The notes beneath the pieces were generated by a model. That model did not search any database. It was not told the DNA's origin and saw nothing but the letters and a program-made list of their open reading frames with translations. The position numbers and the translations under genes are program-made. A DNA stretch of 51,225 nt, from positions 11,331-62,555 of the forward strand of contig JBJCIZ010000065.1 in the NCBI GenBank assembly GCA_051294375.1. The letters are read 5' to 3'. Numbering within the stretch: the first letter of the stretch is position 1; every line of letters begins with the position of its first letter. Positions 25,453 through 37,411 of the stretch are shown here, one piece after another. This stretch comes from Paraspadella gotoi. Its lineage: Eukaryota; Animalia; Chaetognatha.

Positions 25453-25562
25453 AACTCGTCAACCACTTGTCATTTCGTAGCTAGAGGCAATGTTTACCTC
25501 CTGTCACAATTCGTCAACCACTTGTCATTTCGTAGCTAGAGGCAATGTTTACCTTCTGTCAC
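25453..25562. repeat. Two-copy ~55-bp tandem direct repeat
   Basis: TCGTCAACCACTTGTCATTTCGTAGCTAGAGGCAATGTTTACCT..TGTCAC occurs twice. Confidence 0.9.
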
Positions 25563-26314
25563 TCAGAGGGAACGGGACTCCATAAAAAACTTTCACGAAT
25601 CTGCGGGTTCCCCCAGCTATCTCTTTTCTAACCATTGTTTAAGTTTATTCCATAATTAATTTGCAGACATAGAAAAAAACAACAACGACAGAGATATTTT
25701 TTATTTTACGCGACAGAAGGCGATAATACAAAAAAGAAAATTATAAAAGCGTGACCATCGCTCGCATATTTTTAAAATTCATTCAACCATCGGTTAGAAT
25801 TTTTTTATCGTCGTCGCAAAACGAATAATATGGAACCGCAAAATTTAATTGAGCTAGACGAAGCCATAAGGCAAATTTTACCAACGAATAATCACGAGTT
25901 GGAAAAAAAATTACTCGAAAATGAAAACTTAAGATTAAGAAACGAATTATCTCTTTATACAAATAAAAACGCGCAATTACTTTGAAACAAATGGATAGCG
26001 CAACAGGACACAAATATTAAAATTCAAACCATGCAAAACGAAATTATGATATTACAGGAAAAAATTACAAAAAGCGAAATGATAATCGCGCAAGGTATAA
26101 AAGGAATTTCTGAGGCAACCGATAAATTGTTTATACAATATGTTTTGAACTAAGTTTGGAGAGTGGTTTCATTGACTTGCTAACTTTTCCGGGCTAACTC
26201 AACCGCCAAATCAATCTTTGGTATTGATGGTAAAAATGGCGCAGAGGAGACGATGGCGCTGGTCTATGACGCTCAGTAGAGATAATGACAAAGTCTCAGC
26301 CACATAGGCGAAGC

Positions 26315-26470
26315 CCAAGTTGAAGTAAGAAGTTGAAGATGAAGAAGTAAAAGGTAAAGTTGTAAAGAAGTAGAAGTAAGTGAAGTTAAAGTAAAGGTTG
26401 TAAGTTATTGAAGAAGTTGAAGTTAAAGTAAAGTTAAAGTTGAAGTTTAAAGTTGTAAGTTAGAAGTCCT
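26315..26470. repeat. Degenerate purine-rich hexamer repeat (AAGTTG/AAGTAA/AAGTTA)
   Basis: Direct reading. Confidence 0.75.
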
Positions 26471-26544
26471 GGGCAAAGGATAACAAAACATTTAATACAA
26501 ACTCAGCAAATATATATATAAAAAGTTTAAAGAATCTTTCTTAC

Positions 26545-26626
26545 TTGTTTCTGAAGCCAATATTGTGCAAAAAAGGTTGCTTCTCTCACAAGAAAGTCCA
26601 CCAATCCAGCAATTACCAAATAGTTT
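26545..26626 (-). CDS. Possible upstream exon (82 nt) of the Cys-rich gene
   Basis: TTTTTTAG acceptor and AA|GTAAG donor, open frames, same strand as 24505-25050. The linkage is inferred. Confidence 0.3.
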
Positions 26627-27771
26627 CTAAAAAATAGAGATTCCAAGATTTTCAGAGAACTGAAAGTGCAAGAATGACAGATCTATTGGTTTCATATCGA
26701 TAAATCGTAATTAAATCATCGAAATCCGATGAACCAATCAGAATCCGCCACGGAATCTGTACTTAAGTATATATATAAAACAAAAGTCTAAATCAAAAGA
26801 TGTCTCTGTAATCGCTGAAAAGCTGGCAATTCTTGCGTCAGTAAAAAGGACAAAAGAGCATCGGGAAAAGGTGGAGAAGCTGGATTTCTTCGTGATATAA
26901 AAGAGTTATTCGTAACACCCCCCGCTATTTGGGCATGCCAAAAGCATTCCAAATACCTGAGCATGTCTAGAAATAACAATCTAAAATATCCGGTCGCAGG
27001 GGGATGGAAAGAGGAAAGGAAGTAATTTTAAAAATGCTGAGTATGCAAAAATTGCGCCCAGGACTTACTTGTTAAGCCTAAAAAACGTGCAAATTCCTCA
27101 AAGCAGAATCATTCTTCTAAAAAAAACGGACGGTCGAATGGACAGACGGGGAGCGACGACAGACGACAACTGACCGGCGCTAACCCTCCTCCACACGCGT
27201 TTTAATTCAAGTTTCAATGACGAGACGAAGGGGTACAAATTAAATCAGATTAAATCATGCGAGATGGACTAAGCTACGATTAAGTCGTAAAATCTAATAT
27301 ACTATTTGACCCATAAAACAGGATTTTGCAGCTCGACTTGTACGAACGGATCACGAAGACGGCCGAAGATACCGCTCATCTACCCCGCGAAGTTGCGAGG
27401 CGACGTGTGACGATAGCTGAAACGTACGAACCTGACTCACAAAAGAAAAAAGTAAAAAATGAAACTCGAAACGGCGCGCTTCGGTTAAGCCGCAAGACGA
27501 CCGTGTAAAACAAAAAACACTAAAAGACTGGACTTCATTCTGACAATTCTAAAAACGTTTGCCCGCTAACTGAAAAAAACACAATCAAAGATTCTAAAAA
27601 TAAATTTGACACAAGGCAGGGGGGAATGAAACATTGGGAGCTAAATATCTCTAACTGGCTAACTGACTATTTAACATTTCTTCAATGATTTTAGGCTAAC
27701 TATCTTCGGGCAATTAATACTATAAATACTGAAGCAATACTAAACATATATGCCTTATATCGAAGTACAAA

Positions 27772-27887
27772 GCCGGTTATAACTGACCCCGGTGGCCGAC
27801 TTTGAACTCAATATACTAAATTATTTAGGTCAAAGCGGGAAGACCGGTTGCAACTGACCCCGGTGGCCGATCTCCGGACTCGACATA
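27772..27887. repeat. Two imperfect direct repeats (CCGGTT..AACTGACCCCGGTGGCCGA)
   Basis: Copies at ~27773 and ~27844. Confidence 0.75.
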
Positions 27888-30172
27888 TATTTCACCCGAA
27901 TCTTCCGACGGCAGTCAACCGACGTCAGAGACGTGAATATTAGTGGCAGCCCCAATTGTAAGGACAATACGGCACCGCCGGGACCGATCCGAATTCCAAA
28001 AATGGAACCGTAAAGGTAAACTAGTGGTTATTGATCATGGCGAAGCGATATACATGCTTTCTGAAATACATCTTTCGGCCCCCCGCAGGAACGAAATCGG
28101 ATTTTAAAGTTAAAATCGAACTGACTAGGAACGATTTCAACCCCTCAATCTTCAAACGATCCTGGCGAAGCCAAAAGGTGAATTTCCCAATCACGAACAA
28201 CCGTAACCGAATGACACAGTAAAAATCTTCAAAAATTCAAATTTCTCTTACCGAAGGTAACCGCATAAAGGATCGACACATGCTTCAGTCACTTCAGGCA
28301 CGCTCTCAACATCCTTCAACGATCCTTGATGAAGACCTCCGATACGAAAGACCGAATTTTATGAAGATCCGTGAACATTCGTCTCCTTACAATATTAGAG
28401 ATGCACAACCATACTACGACACGAAAAACCTTAGACTGAGCCTACGTGAAAAAATAGTAAATTGAGACAAAATCTAAAAAAAATACTAAATCTTGGATCA
28501 ATCTGTACTAAACGTAAAGGTTGCAATTTGTGAAAAATAAAATTGACAAGCCTTATCTACCTTATGTCGTAGTAGGTTGGCAAAAGAAAAAATATTAGAC
28601 TAAACCTAAAAACGAAATCAATACTAACAAATACTAAACCCGAAAAATACATAAACCTAATAATCAAATAACCTAAGAAATGTAATCAGTATCTAAATAG
28701 CGTTAAAGGAAGTTACTTTATTGGTTTATTTTTGCTTTAAGCATCCGAATGCCGAAGCAACAAGAGCAATATTTCGGCAAGGTAAAACTATAAGACTACG
28801 GATGGGGCGAGACCCTCAAACCCTGCCAAAAAGCAAAACAAGCAATAACATGATAAACCTTTTTGTCGCTGGCTCCCTGTTCCAGCTCCCTGCTATCTTA
28901 TTTTAAAAGGGAGAAAGACACAAAAAATGAGACGTACAAAGTCCAAACGATTACAAAACAGTTCACTTGCCACAGAGAACCGCATCGCAAACGTAAGGAC
29001 GGGTAAGTACTATAAAGGGGTTTCGGTAAGGTTGTTTTACCGCGGAGAAAAAACGGTTGGTTAACAAAAACAACCCTTCGTTACCGAATTTCGAAAAACT
29101 TCGGAGTTCCCGACGACTTTTTCCCAACCAACTTTGAATGAAGCCGGCTATACTCTAGGGAAAGCCGTCCGCCTAAGCGGCGCGCAGGGAGACAGCCATG
29201 GACAGAGTCGGCCGTCCGTCAAGAGATTTCGAAAATCGAGGCAAAAAATATTTATTAAAAGCAAAAAAATATTAGGGGCAAACTATGAATAATATAAACA
29301 GTTAAAGAAAACGATTTATATTATTCTTATCCTACTCTATTTGTCGCCTCTCCTCTGAGCTACCAAAAATAAGACAAAACCTGAATAAATACAAAAAATG
29401 GGACGAATGGGGTGTTTTTAAGCAGTGGGGTGGTTTGCAACACCGCTCCGAAGAGGGTTTCGTCTTTCCGTCTTGTCCTGGTCGGGAAAGACACGCTTTG
29501 GCGAGCGTTGGTTTTTGTCCTCCTCTCACTCAAGCAAAAAACCTTGACCTTGACTCAATTTCACCTTTTTCTCAACTTATACAAAGCCTTAAGACAAACT
29601 CAACAAACGTACAAGTGTGACGACGTCAAGTTCAAAATAAAAATGAAAAATCTAAAAATAAACTTTGTTATTTCGTGGCTAAAGACTAATACCAAAAAAC
29701 GAAAAATATAAAATTTTCTAAAAAACGAACAAAGCATTGTTAAACCCTAAAGATTTCTAAAAAATACTAAATTTTCATTTGAAAAATGGCCGTACCCCCC
29801 GCACAAACGGAGAGGAACGAACCTGTTCGTACAAAAGAAAAAAATTTTTGAAAAAATATAGCAAAAAAAAAAAATCGCTAAGTCCCAAAAAATAAGAAGG
29901 GAGTACTACGTAGTTAATTTGTAATGCTTGGGGGAAACGGGGGAAAATCGCAAATTTCTCCCGAGCGTAAAGCCGCGAAGATCTGGGAAAAAAAGCATGA
30001 TGGTAAATAACACTTTTTCCGGAGATAATCGAAGCCGTACGATCGATTGAAAATTGAGGTTAACCTGCCGAAAACCAAACACACAAAATAACAATATTAC
30101 CCAAAAATAAATATTTAGTAAAACTAAAAAATATTAAGAAAAAACATAAGTATACATTAATTATTTTCAGAA

Positions 30173-30680
30173 ATGTCCGCCGCACCAAGTTCCAGCACGA
30201 TCAACGCAACTTTTAAATTCGTAGCCTCAGCCCGTAACCGTCGTCACGATCCGAGCGTCCACTACGAACCGGAAGTCATGTTCATCGTCGCTGAAGCCGG
30301 ATGTTAACGAGCATAAACACGAAAACAATGTCATGTAAACTTAAGGTAGCCATCGACGATGCATCGATGCGTTCGATGGCCGCATATAAAAAAGATAAAA
30401 ATTTCAAAAACGTGAAAAAGACAAAAAATATTGAGATTTTGAAAAAAGTCAAAGTTATTAAAATGGTCAAACGAGAGAGGCTGGTACGGGCCGACTTACC
30501 GCTACACGGACAAGCCTCCTCCACGAACCTCCCCGCCAGCCCATGAAAAAACACCCTCTCAGCGATGTTTTGTTTACCGAGACGGACGTCAAAGTAAACA
30601 AAACAAGGCGAGACTCCGTCACAAAGACGCCCCCATGCCGGTCAAGGCCGTCATGGTGCAGAAATTCGAAATAAACAATA
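30173..30680 (+). pseudogene. Small frameshifted ORF of unknown function
   Basis: TTATTTTCAG acceptor two bases before the ATG; GC-richer island; AATAAA at ~30678. Confidence 0.25.
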
Positions 30681-33604
30681 AATAAATCATGAGTAATGAA
30701 ATAAAAATAAAAACGGCGTTTGAAACGGGGCACCCCCATAAAAAAGGTTTACAAAGTGCAGAAAAAATAGGGAATCCGCCTTAGAACGCGACTGAAAGAA
30801 AATGATTAATAAAAAACGTTTTTCGCCGCGTTTTACAGGAAATCGAATCCGTATTTCGAGATCCCAACCCTTTACTCCCGCCACAGGAGAATCCGAATTT
30901 TCATTCGAATTTGAACAAAACCAGAAAAACGAAACAAAACGAAATAAATAACTATTAAATAACTAAATAAAATTAAAATCCAAAAAAGAAGACGGGCTTT
31001 TCAGCCCACAGAAAAGAAAAAAGCCTTCTAGAAAGGCTTAGAGCGCCATCGTATTTAAAGTAAAAAAGGCCTAAGCCTTCATGCGCGGGGGGGGGCATGT
31101 TAACATTTAGAGAAATACCCGAAAAAGAGCCAAGGCTGACTCGCGCTCTTGACGGAGTTTAATTTATACTACAAAAAACGAAAAATATAAAAAAAAAATT
31201 ATATTAAATCATTTAAAAAATTAAACCCGTATATAAAAAACGCTCGGTTATTTAACAAAAATCTCTAAATTATTTTACTTTAAAAAACGCCATAAGCAAA
31301 TCAAAAAACGAAAAACTTTATTCTTTACTGCGACCGGGGCCGTCGCCAAAATAAGATAAAAAAATTATTTTCCTCTGCGCCCCACATTTTTATGATAATT
31401 GTCCGGTCACGGACAGAAAAAATGAAAAAATTGTCTGGCCGTAGAGACGGACGCGGACACAAAAAACAAAAAAAATATTAAAAAACGAAAACTCTGTCTG
31501 GCCGTAGTACGAACACAGACACACGAACCCACATCTCTATTGAAAAAATGTTTACTGATACGCCGTCAGATGAAGTTTCCAGAGGAAACCACTGACCTAC
31601 TGGCGAATCAGAACCGGATCCGTTGAGTTCCATTAAACTAAAAAACAGGCACAAAAAAAAAACGAAAAAAAAATTAAACATATTTACAATGATGCGAGAA
31701 AGTGTGGATTATTACTCAGCCTAGGTAATTAATAATCAAAGGCACACTTTAACGACTTTTACCTTATCATAAGCTCATTTAATAATTGTTTCAGATGCCA
31801 TTACTGACACAATGCGCGTAATATTACCCACTTATCGTGCCGCATAAGTGTAACCATAGAAAAACAGGTAAGTAAATCACGTGACATTTAACCACCCATA
31901 TTTAAACAGCTCAGCAGTTTTAACAGGGGAGGAGCTGGCGAAGTCGCCAAACCTCACTGATTCTATGTGCCGTAATAAGATCTTAGCCCCCATATCTCCA
32001 TAAGGGAGGCTAGGGCTGTATGCTAACCCCGTCCCGGCAAAATAACCTCAAAAAAAAAAAAAACATACTCAAGACTTCCCCGCCGGGACCCCGCGGACAC
32101 CAAGGCTGCCCATGGTAAAGAGAGAGAGCACGACGGCCAGATGGAACTGCAACGCCGCCTCTCTCAGGCTGTCGACCCGGACGGAGGACCTATTACCTTC
32201 CGGTGATGGGGCATCGGACTAAGGGTCAACGAAGCTCTTCCAACGCCTCCGGCAATCTCTCTGGCTACAGACAAAGTCTGGGCATCAGGACCGGTGGGAG
32301 GGCTAAGGCCACTGCGCACTGCCGGTCGCCGATCCAGCCAGTTCATCAACGACGTCACTAAGAGGCTATGACGGCCCCCAACGCCTCCTCCACTCCGCCA
32401 GGCGCAGCGCAAAACCGCCTCCCCGTGCTCCTCCTGCAAATCTTGCCCATCTTGGCAAAATCCGGACTTAACAGTTCCGCTAGTACCGCAGGGGCCTCGG
32501 GAATCCGCACATCGCCTTGCGAGTCCCACAGATGCTTCCGGGCCCTCTGCACTCTGCGCCTCCTGCAATTCCGCGAAACGTCCGCCGACGTCGAAACGCT
32601 TGCTTTCGTCGTGCGGAGCACGGTTTAGTGGCCTGCATTTTGAAACTTTGTAAATTTTTTAAAAATCAGGAAAAAAGGGAGAAAAAAGATAAAGAGACGC
32701 CGCAAAAAAGGCAACATTCAACATCAAAACCCGTAAAAGGTGAGGCAATGTACAAATATTTTTTCTTTCTTCCGAAAAAATCTACAAGTCTCAAAAATAA
32801 CAGACCCACGGTTGACGTACGATAAAAACAAAAATACAAACTAATTCGGTATAAACGGTTACATCTGTACGCCAAAATCACAATTTGATCTTACTGTAAA
32901 AGGTGAAATCCGTACATAAAAAATTAATCAAATAAGACCAATTCGAAAATTCAATTTTTACCATCAAAATCTGAAGAAAAAATTTTGAGTAGGGACTGCA
33001 CTTACAAAATCCGAAAATAAATAAATAATTTTAACTTTTAATAAAAACCCTACTTCCAACCACTTGAATTAATAAAATAAATTCTTAAAATAATATACTA
33101 ACCAAAACAAAACAGTATCTGATGAAAACATAGTCTTAAACAGTAAAAATAAATAATCAAAAAGTTCAAATCTAAAAAATCATTTAATCAGAATTTCTGG
33201 TTAAGTACACCCCCTAATGGGAAATCTCGGTCGAAGCAAAAACTAAGCAAATTTGGGACAAACGAGTTTTCGTTTTTCGGCCGAGGCCTCTGTAAAATAA
33301 AACTTTCGGAAATGCATAGCAATAAAATAGAATGGTGGCACAAAGAGTTTTGAGTTCTTTGAGGGACGAGGTATTTGTATTTATTTTAACTTTCTCTCGT
33401 CTAGCTCCAAACTGACGAATTTAAATCGCCAATGAAGATAATTCCATTCAGTCCGTACGAACGCGCGCCGCGTGTACGAGTCGTTGCTAGGCACCCTTTA
33501 TTAACGCCGGGCCTCCACACGCTCGTCAACTTGGTCTCGTCGTCAAGGAGGACGAGCTGGCCGACCTCAGGATCACGATTTCACGGATTGGACATCGGCT
33601 GGCG

Positions 33605-34891
33605 TTAAAGGTAGGAAATCATTGGCATCACTGCCAAGACGATGGAATTGTTCACGTTTCGTCTCGGAGGGAGCCGAGAAGGCCAAGAAGGCCGTAGACG
33701 CGCATCAACCCCCCGCAGTCGACGAAGGAGACGACCAAACGAAGAGGCGAATCTTTTCCAAAGTAGATTCCATAACCAAAAAGTTTTAAATACAATTAGC
33801 GAAAGAGGCGATTCGCTGTCGATCGGATATTGACGTTGTAGTTTCGAGGAGAACATTGAACCGCAAATCACGTTGAAGTAGACTCCAACACGCGCAAAGC
33901 AAAAGCAGTTTATTCTTAGCATCCACGAATCAACGGAGAAATGGGCGGTGAAAACGGGAGAAACGACGAGAGGGGCGACGCCCGCTGATGTCTCGACGAT
34001 CAAACCCGGAAGATCTTTGGTTTCCATGGAGACCAGACGCTCGAAATTGGCCACGTCGATCCCGGTTACAAAGAAAATCAGTCCGCTTTATGGAAACAAA
34101 TCCATATCACCATTTTTCCATTCGTCCACCAAGGAAATCATGAGTTCGAGAGATTCGATGTTTGAAAAACGGGAAAAAACGCGACTTTTTGACCCGAATT
34201 TACTTGAAGACGGTTAGCAAAATCGTCCGACAGAAACAACTCGAAAAAAGACCATGAACCAAACGGTGAGACGAAATTGGCGGCAATGATGAGAACACCT
34301 ACTCGAAGTTAAAAACATCGACGCGACGATCCAAATGACGCCGTGGCTCAACACGGAGGCATCGAAAAAGAAGCGCAACCCCCGGCGTCACATTTGTAAT
34401 AGAACTGGTCGCGATCCAGAGAGAATCTCGATGGAAGTAAGTTTCACAATCTTTTGCCGCTCTATGCCCGTTAAAAAAAAATGTATCGTCGACAGAATTT
34501 GCTCCCAAACAAAGTCATCTCGCACGTTGATAGAGACCTCGTCGATGGCGCCGGCAAAAAAAAATCGGCGTCGAAAAAACGCCGAATCTTGCGGCAGAGC
34601 TGCTCGTAGTCGACCTCGATACGATGACAGGTTAATTGATGAAATCTCGCGGAGCTCGGCGATCCTCTGGCCGCAGTGGACCGCCGACGGTCCATTCCCA
34701 ATCGTAATGAGAGCATCCTTACATCCGCGATGAATTTCGAATCTCGGCATCCACTAGATGAGCAGAAGAAGAAATCTTTTCTCGCGCCGATGAAGCGTCG
34801 TCATTTGACGAAAGAAGATTGACGGCGTGGACATCCTCCTGGTCTAATTGGAAGGCGTCGTCAACTGAAGAAATCTTTTTTCTTTTCACCA
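33605..34891 (-). pseudogene. Frameshifted protein-like region of unknown function
   Basis: Successive globular-looking ORF pieces (34388-34750, 33605-34054) downstream of an ATG at 34891 (MVKRKK). No family recognised. Confidence 0.3.
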
Positions 34892-35004
34892 TTGGCCTAG
34901 GGAGTGTAGACTCAGATCCAAGAAGATTTTAAAACGAGACTAAGCTGAAGTTTTAATCACTTTGCAAGATGGACGTTTAAAACGCAATCGACCCGATAAG
35001 TAAT

Positions 35005-35556
35005 TTGTTTTGGTTTCACTACAAAAAGGAATATTATTTTTACTTAAAAATTCATCATAAATTATGTCTGCTTTTGGGCGTCATGTCCGTGGAGGAGGAC
35101 AGCAAGACTCTTTTCACCCTATTAGGATCGCTTAAAAAAGCCGACTCCTTCGATTACGAAACCGAGGAGGGTAAAATTATTAATAGACCATTCAAAGAAA
35201 AACAGGTCATTTCCGAAACGGCTTGCCAGGGCATGGATCATTTTTTATACAGAAGTCAGGTGCAACTGATCGACGCCTTCGCCGTCTATTGCTCCGCATC
35301 CAAGGACGTCATTTACGGGGATAAGTTGACAAATATTTTACGGGTGGTTTTTCTTCAAGGCAAGGCTAATGAAAGAACCGTACTCAGTTATCCTTTTCCA
35401 CAATACATTCCTATCAGATCGAACACGATCAAAGAGATATCTATTCAGATACGCGATTTGTACGGAAATCTCATAGATTTTATGACACCTTTCATCAGAG
35501 TTAAATTAATATTTAAAAAAAGATATCTGGGGCTTACCAACGATGCCTCTCTTTAG
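35005..35556 (+). CDS. Polinton minor capsid protein (penton), C-terminal part
   Basis: AVYCSASKDVIYGDKLTNILRVV...YPFPQYIPI...IKEISIQIRDLYGNLIDF...VKLIFKK matches the Polinton penton C-terminal pattern (VYCD..GD..LLR..P.YVP..I.I.IRD..G..I.F..V.LHF). Confidence 0.85.
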   Translation: MFWFHYKKEYYFYLKIHHKLCLLLGVMSVEEDSKTLFTLLGSLKKADSFDYETEEGKIINRPFKEKQVISETACQGMDHFLYRSQVQLIDAFAVYCSASKDVIYGDKLTNILRVVFLQGKANERTVLSYPFPQYIPIRSNTIKEISIQIRDLYGNLIDFMTPFIRVKLIFKKRYLGLTNDASL

Positions 35557-36036
35557 TCCCCTGCGTCTCGCCAGGAGAAATCAGTTAGGATCCGGATTTG
35601 GTTCCATCCTGAGATGCATAGGCAACTCGTATTTACTACCGGCCCTACGATCGTTACTTCTCGTCGGAAAGAAGGCTATGAAGAATCTGGCGGAAGAGGG
35701 GATAAGAGCTGGGGGTCAGATTTTAAGCGACGTAGCCCGAGGAAAAAATATGAAAGAGAGTTTGACGCAAGCGAGTAAAGACACTATAAAAAATATTAAA
35801 AAAATAGCTAGCAAAAGAGGGAAGGAGGCCCTGACGAGAGCGGGCAGGGCTATAAAAGCCCGCGCCTTTGGACCGACCGGCAGTAGAGAGCCCAACGCGA
35901 CCGGAGCCGGCAAGGAAAAAATGAAAAGTAAGAGTAAAAAAGTTAAAAAAGGTCTTTGCGGACTAGGAGGCGGAAAGAGAAAAACAAAGATAAAAAAAAA
36001 GCAAAAACGGGGAAAAGATTTTCGATTTTTGACTAA
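35543..36036 (+). CDS. Polinton pVII-like basic core protein
   Basis: QLGSGFGSIL...GKKAMKNLAEEGIRAGGQILSDVARGKNMKESL plus a Lys/Arg-rich tail. The expected stop (IFDF*) is one base out of frame, fusing it to the MCP ORF. Confidence 0.75.
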
Positions 36037-36043
36037 GGGGAAA

Positions 36044-36484
36044 ATGGCGCTAGCGTTGATGGAACACTCGACCACGACGTGCGTGGACGAAGGATTGAAC
36101 GTGTTCGACAAGAGCATAGTGGATCATCAATACGACAGCACTTACTTTTTAGAGTTGAAGCCTCAAATTCCTCTCGACTCCAAGTCTTCCCAGATCGTCT
36201 TCAAGCGGGAACCCATGAACGAATTCATCGAGTTCGGGGATTCCTACATGAAACTTCACGTTAAGAACACTAAGGTGGTTTTGCGCAGATACCGACGGCC
36301 TCAATTTTTAAAAATTTGGATATTCGGTTAGGAGGACAGTTTCTAACGGTGCAGGATAATTGTCACAGGTATACGTCGTGGTTGACCATGTTGATGAATA
36401 TGGATCAGCAATGGTTGAGAACGAAGGGAAATTTATTAGGCTGTTATTACAAAAGTAACCCCAGTACTAACCGAGCAGACACGG
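36044..36484 (+). pseudogene. Polinton major capsid protein (double jelly-roll/hexon-like), N-terminus only, truncated
   Basis: MALALMEHSTTTCVDEGLNVF...YFLELKPQIPLD...IVF...FIEFGDSYMKLHVK, then after a frameshift IPTASIFKNLDIRLGG...HRYTSWLTMLMN. This matches the Polinton MCP N-terminal pattern. Confidence 0.8.
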
Positions 36485-37255
36485 TGTCAAAAATACTGAC
36501 CCTATTTTGACCCTCGACCACTGACCATTCGACCTCAAATAAGACGCTTTCAGTTTTACAATAGTCTCTTTATTTGTACGTCTCTCTCTCTCACTCTCAA
36601 TATTCGATTTGGAGGCTAACTTTTCATTTGAATTCGTTTCACGTTTTTACCTGATCTTTCACGGACGACCAGATACTATTTTCACACTAAAAATTGTACT
36701 TCGTATTTTTGTGCTATTTTTTCATTGGATTTACTCTACATTTTGTTGCATTTATCTTCAATTTTTTTGCTTTTATTATACAATATTTGTTGGATTTTTA
36801 TCGTTTTTATTTGCGTCATATTTTGCGAGATTCTCAAGAAACTTTAGATCGAAAAACGAAGTGTCGATTCACATATTCCGTCCACTCTCTCTTGCAAAGT
36901 TTCTTCGATCGTCGTCGATCATCGAATTGATCGACAGTGTGAAAATATCGACACGATGTTCTAGGAACTTCGCCGACAACTAGGATCAATCCAGCTCGAC
37001 TTCAAAGATTTTCGAGTCTTCCTTTTTGGATTTCAAAAGTTTCCAGTCGAGTTTCAAGAGAGATCGTTGTCTACCAACTACAACAACAACAACTTCGTTT
37101 CTTTTATTGCGGCGACGAATAGTTAAATCAATCAGGTGAATCGTAATCAAACAAAGATAGTCCCTAAGATTTATTGAGGTCGAAGTACGCTCCCTTAATA
37201 TATCTGACTCATCTTTTATTGACCAAAATAGTGAATTGCTCTTTGTTTTTTGACA
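36485..37255 (+). repeat. Candidate 5' LTR of the BEL element (771 bp)
   Basis: Perfect 9-bp inverted termini TGTCAAAAA...TTTTTGACA, starting where MCP homology stops. No canonical TGG PBS follows and no 3' copy is in the window. Confidence 0.45.
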
Positions 37256-37411
37256 CTTTTAAGATGAAGTTTAACAAATCAAATTAAATAAAATTCGAAT
37301 TCACATTTTTCAATTATAAATAATTTTATGTAGTCATAAACAATTTAGAGTTCTAAGTTCGTTTTATATTTTGTTGTCACTTGTCTTATTTTTTATTTCA
37401 CATGTACAAAA

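Larger units (their letters stand above)
34920..36484 (+). mobile_element. Polinton/Maverick (adintovirus-like) capsid-module fragment
   Basis: Minor capsid, pVII-like and major capsid genes in the collinear order typical of Polintons. No pPolB, integrase, ATPase or TIR visible. Confidence 0.85.

Noticed and set aside
31905-32065. Structured RNA or SINE (hairpin followed by an A-tract)
   Set aside because: No pol III A/B boxes, ribozyme core or TSD could be identified.
35543-36331. Genuine pVII-MCP fusion protein (262 aa)
   Set aside because: Best explained by a 1-bp indel near homopolymers: an IFDF* ending lies one frame away and the MCP has its own ATG at 36044.
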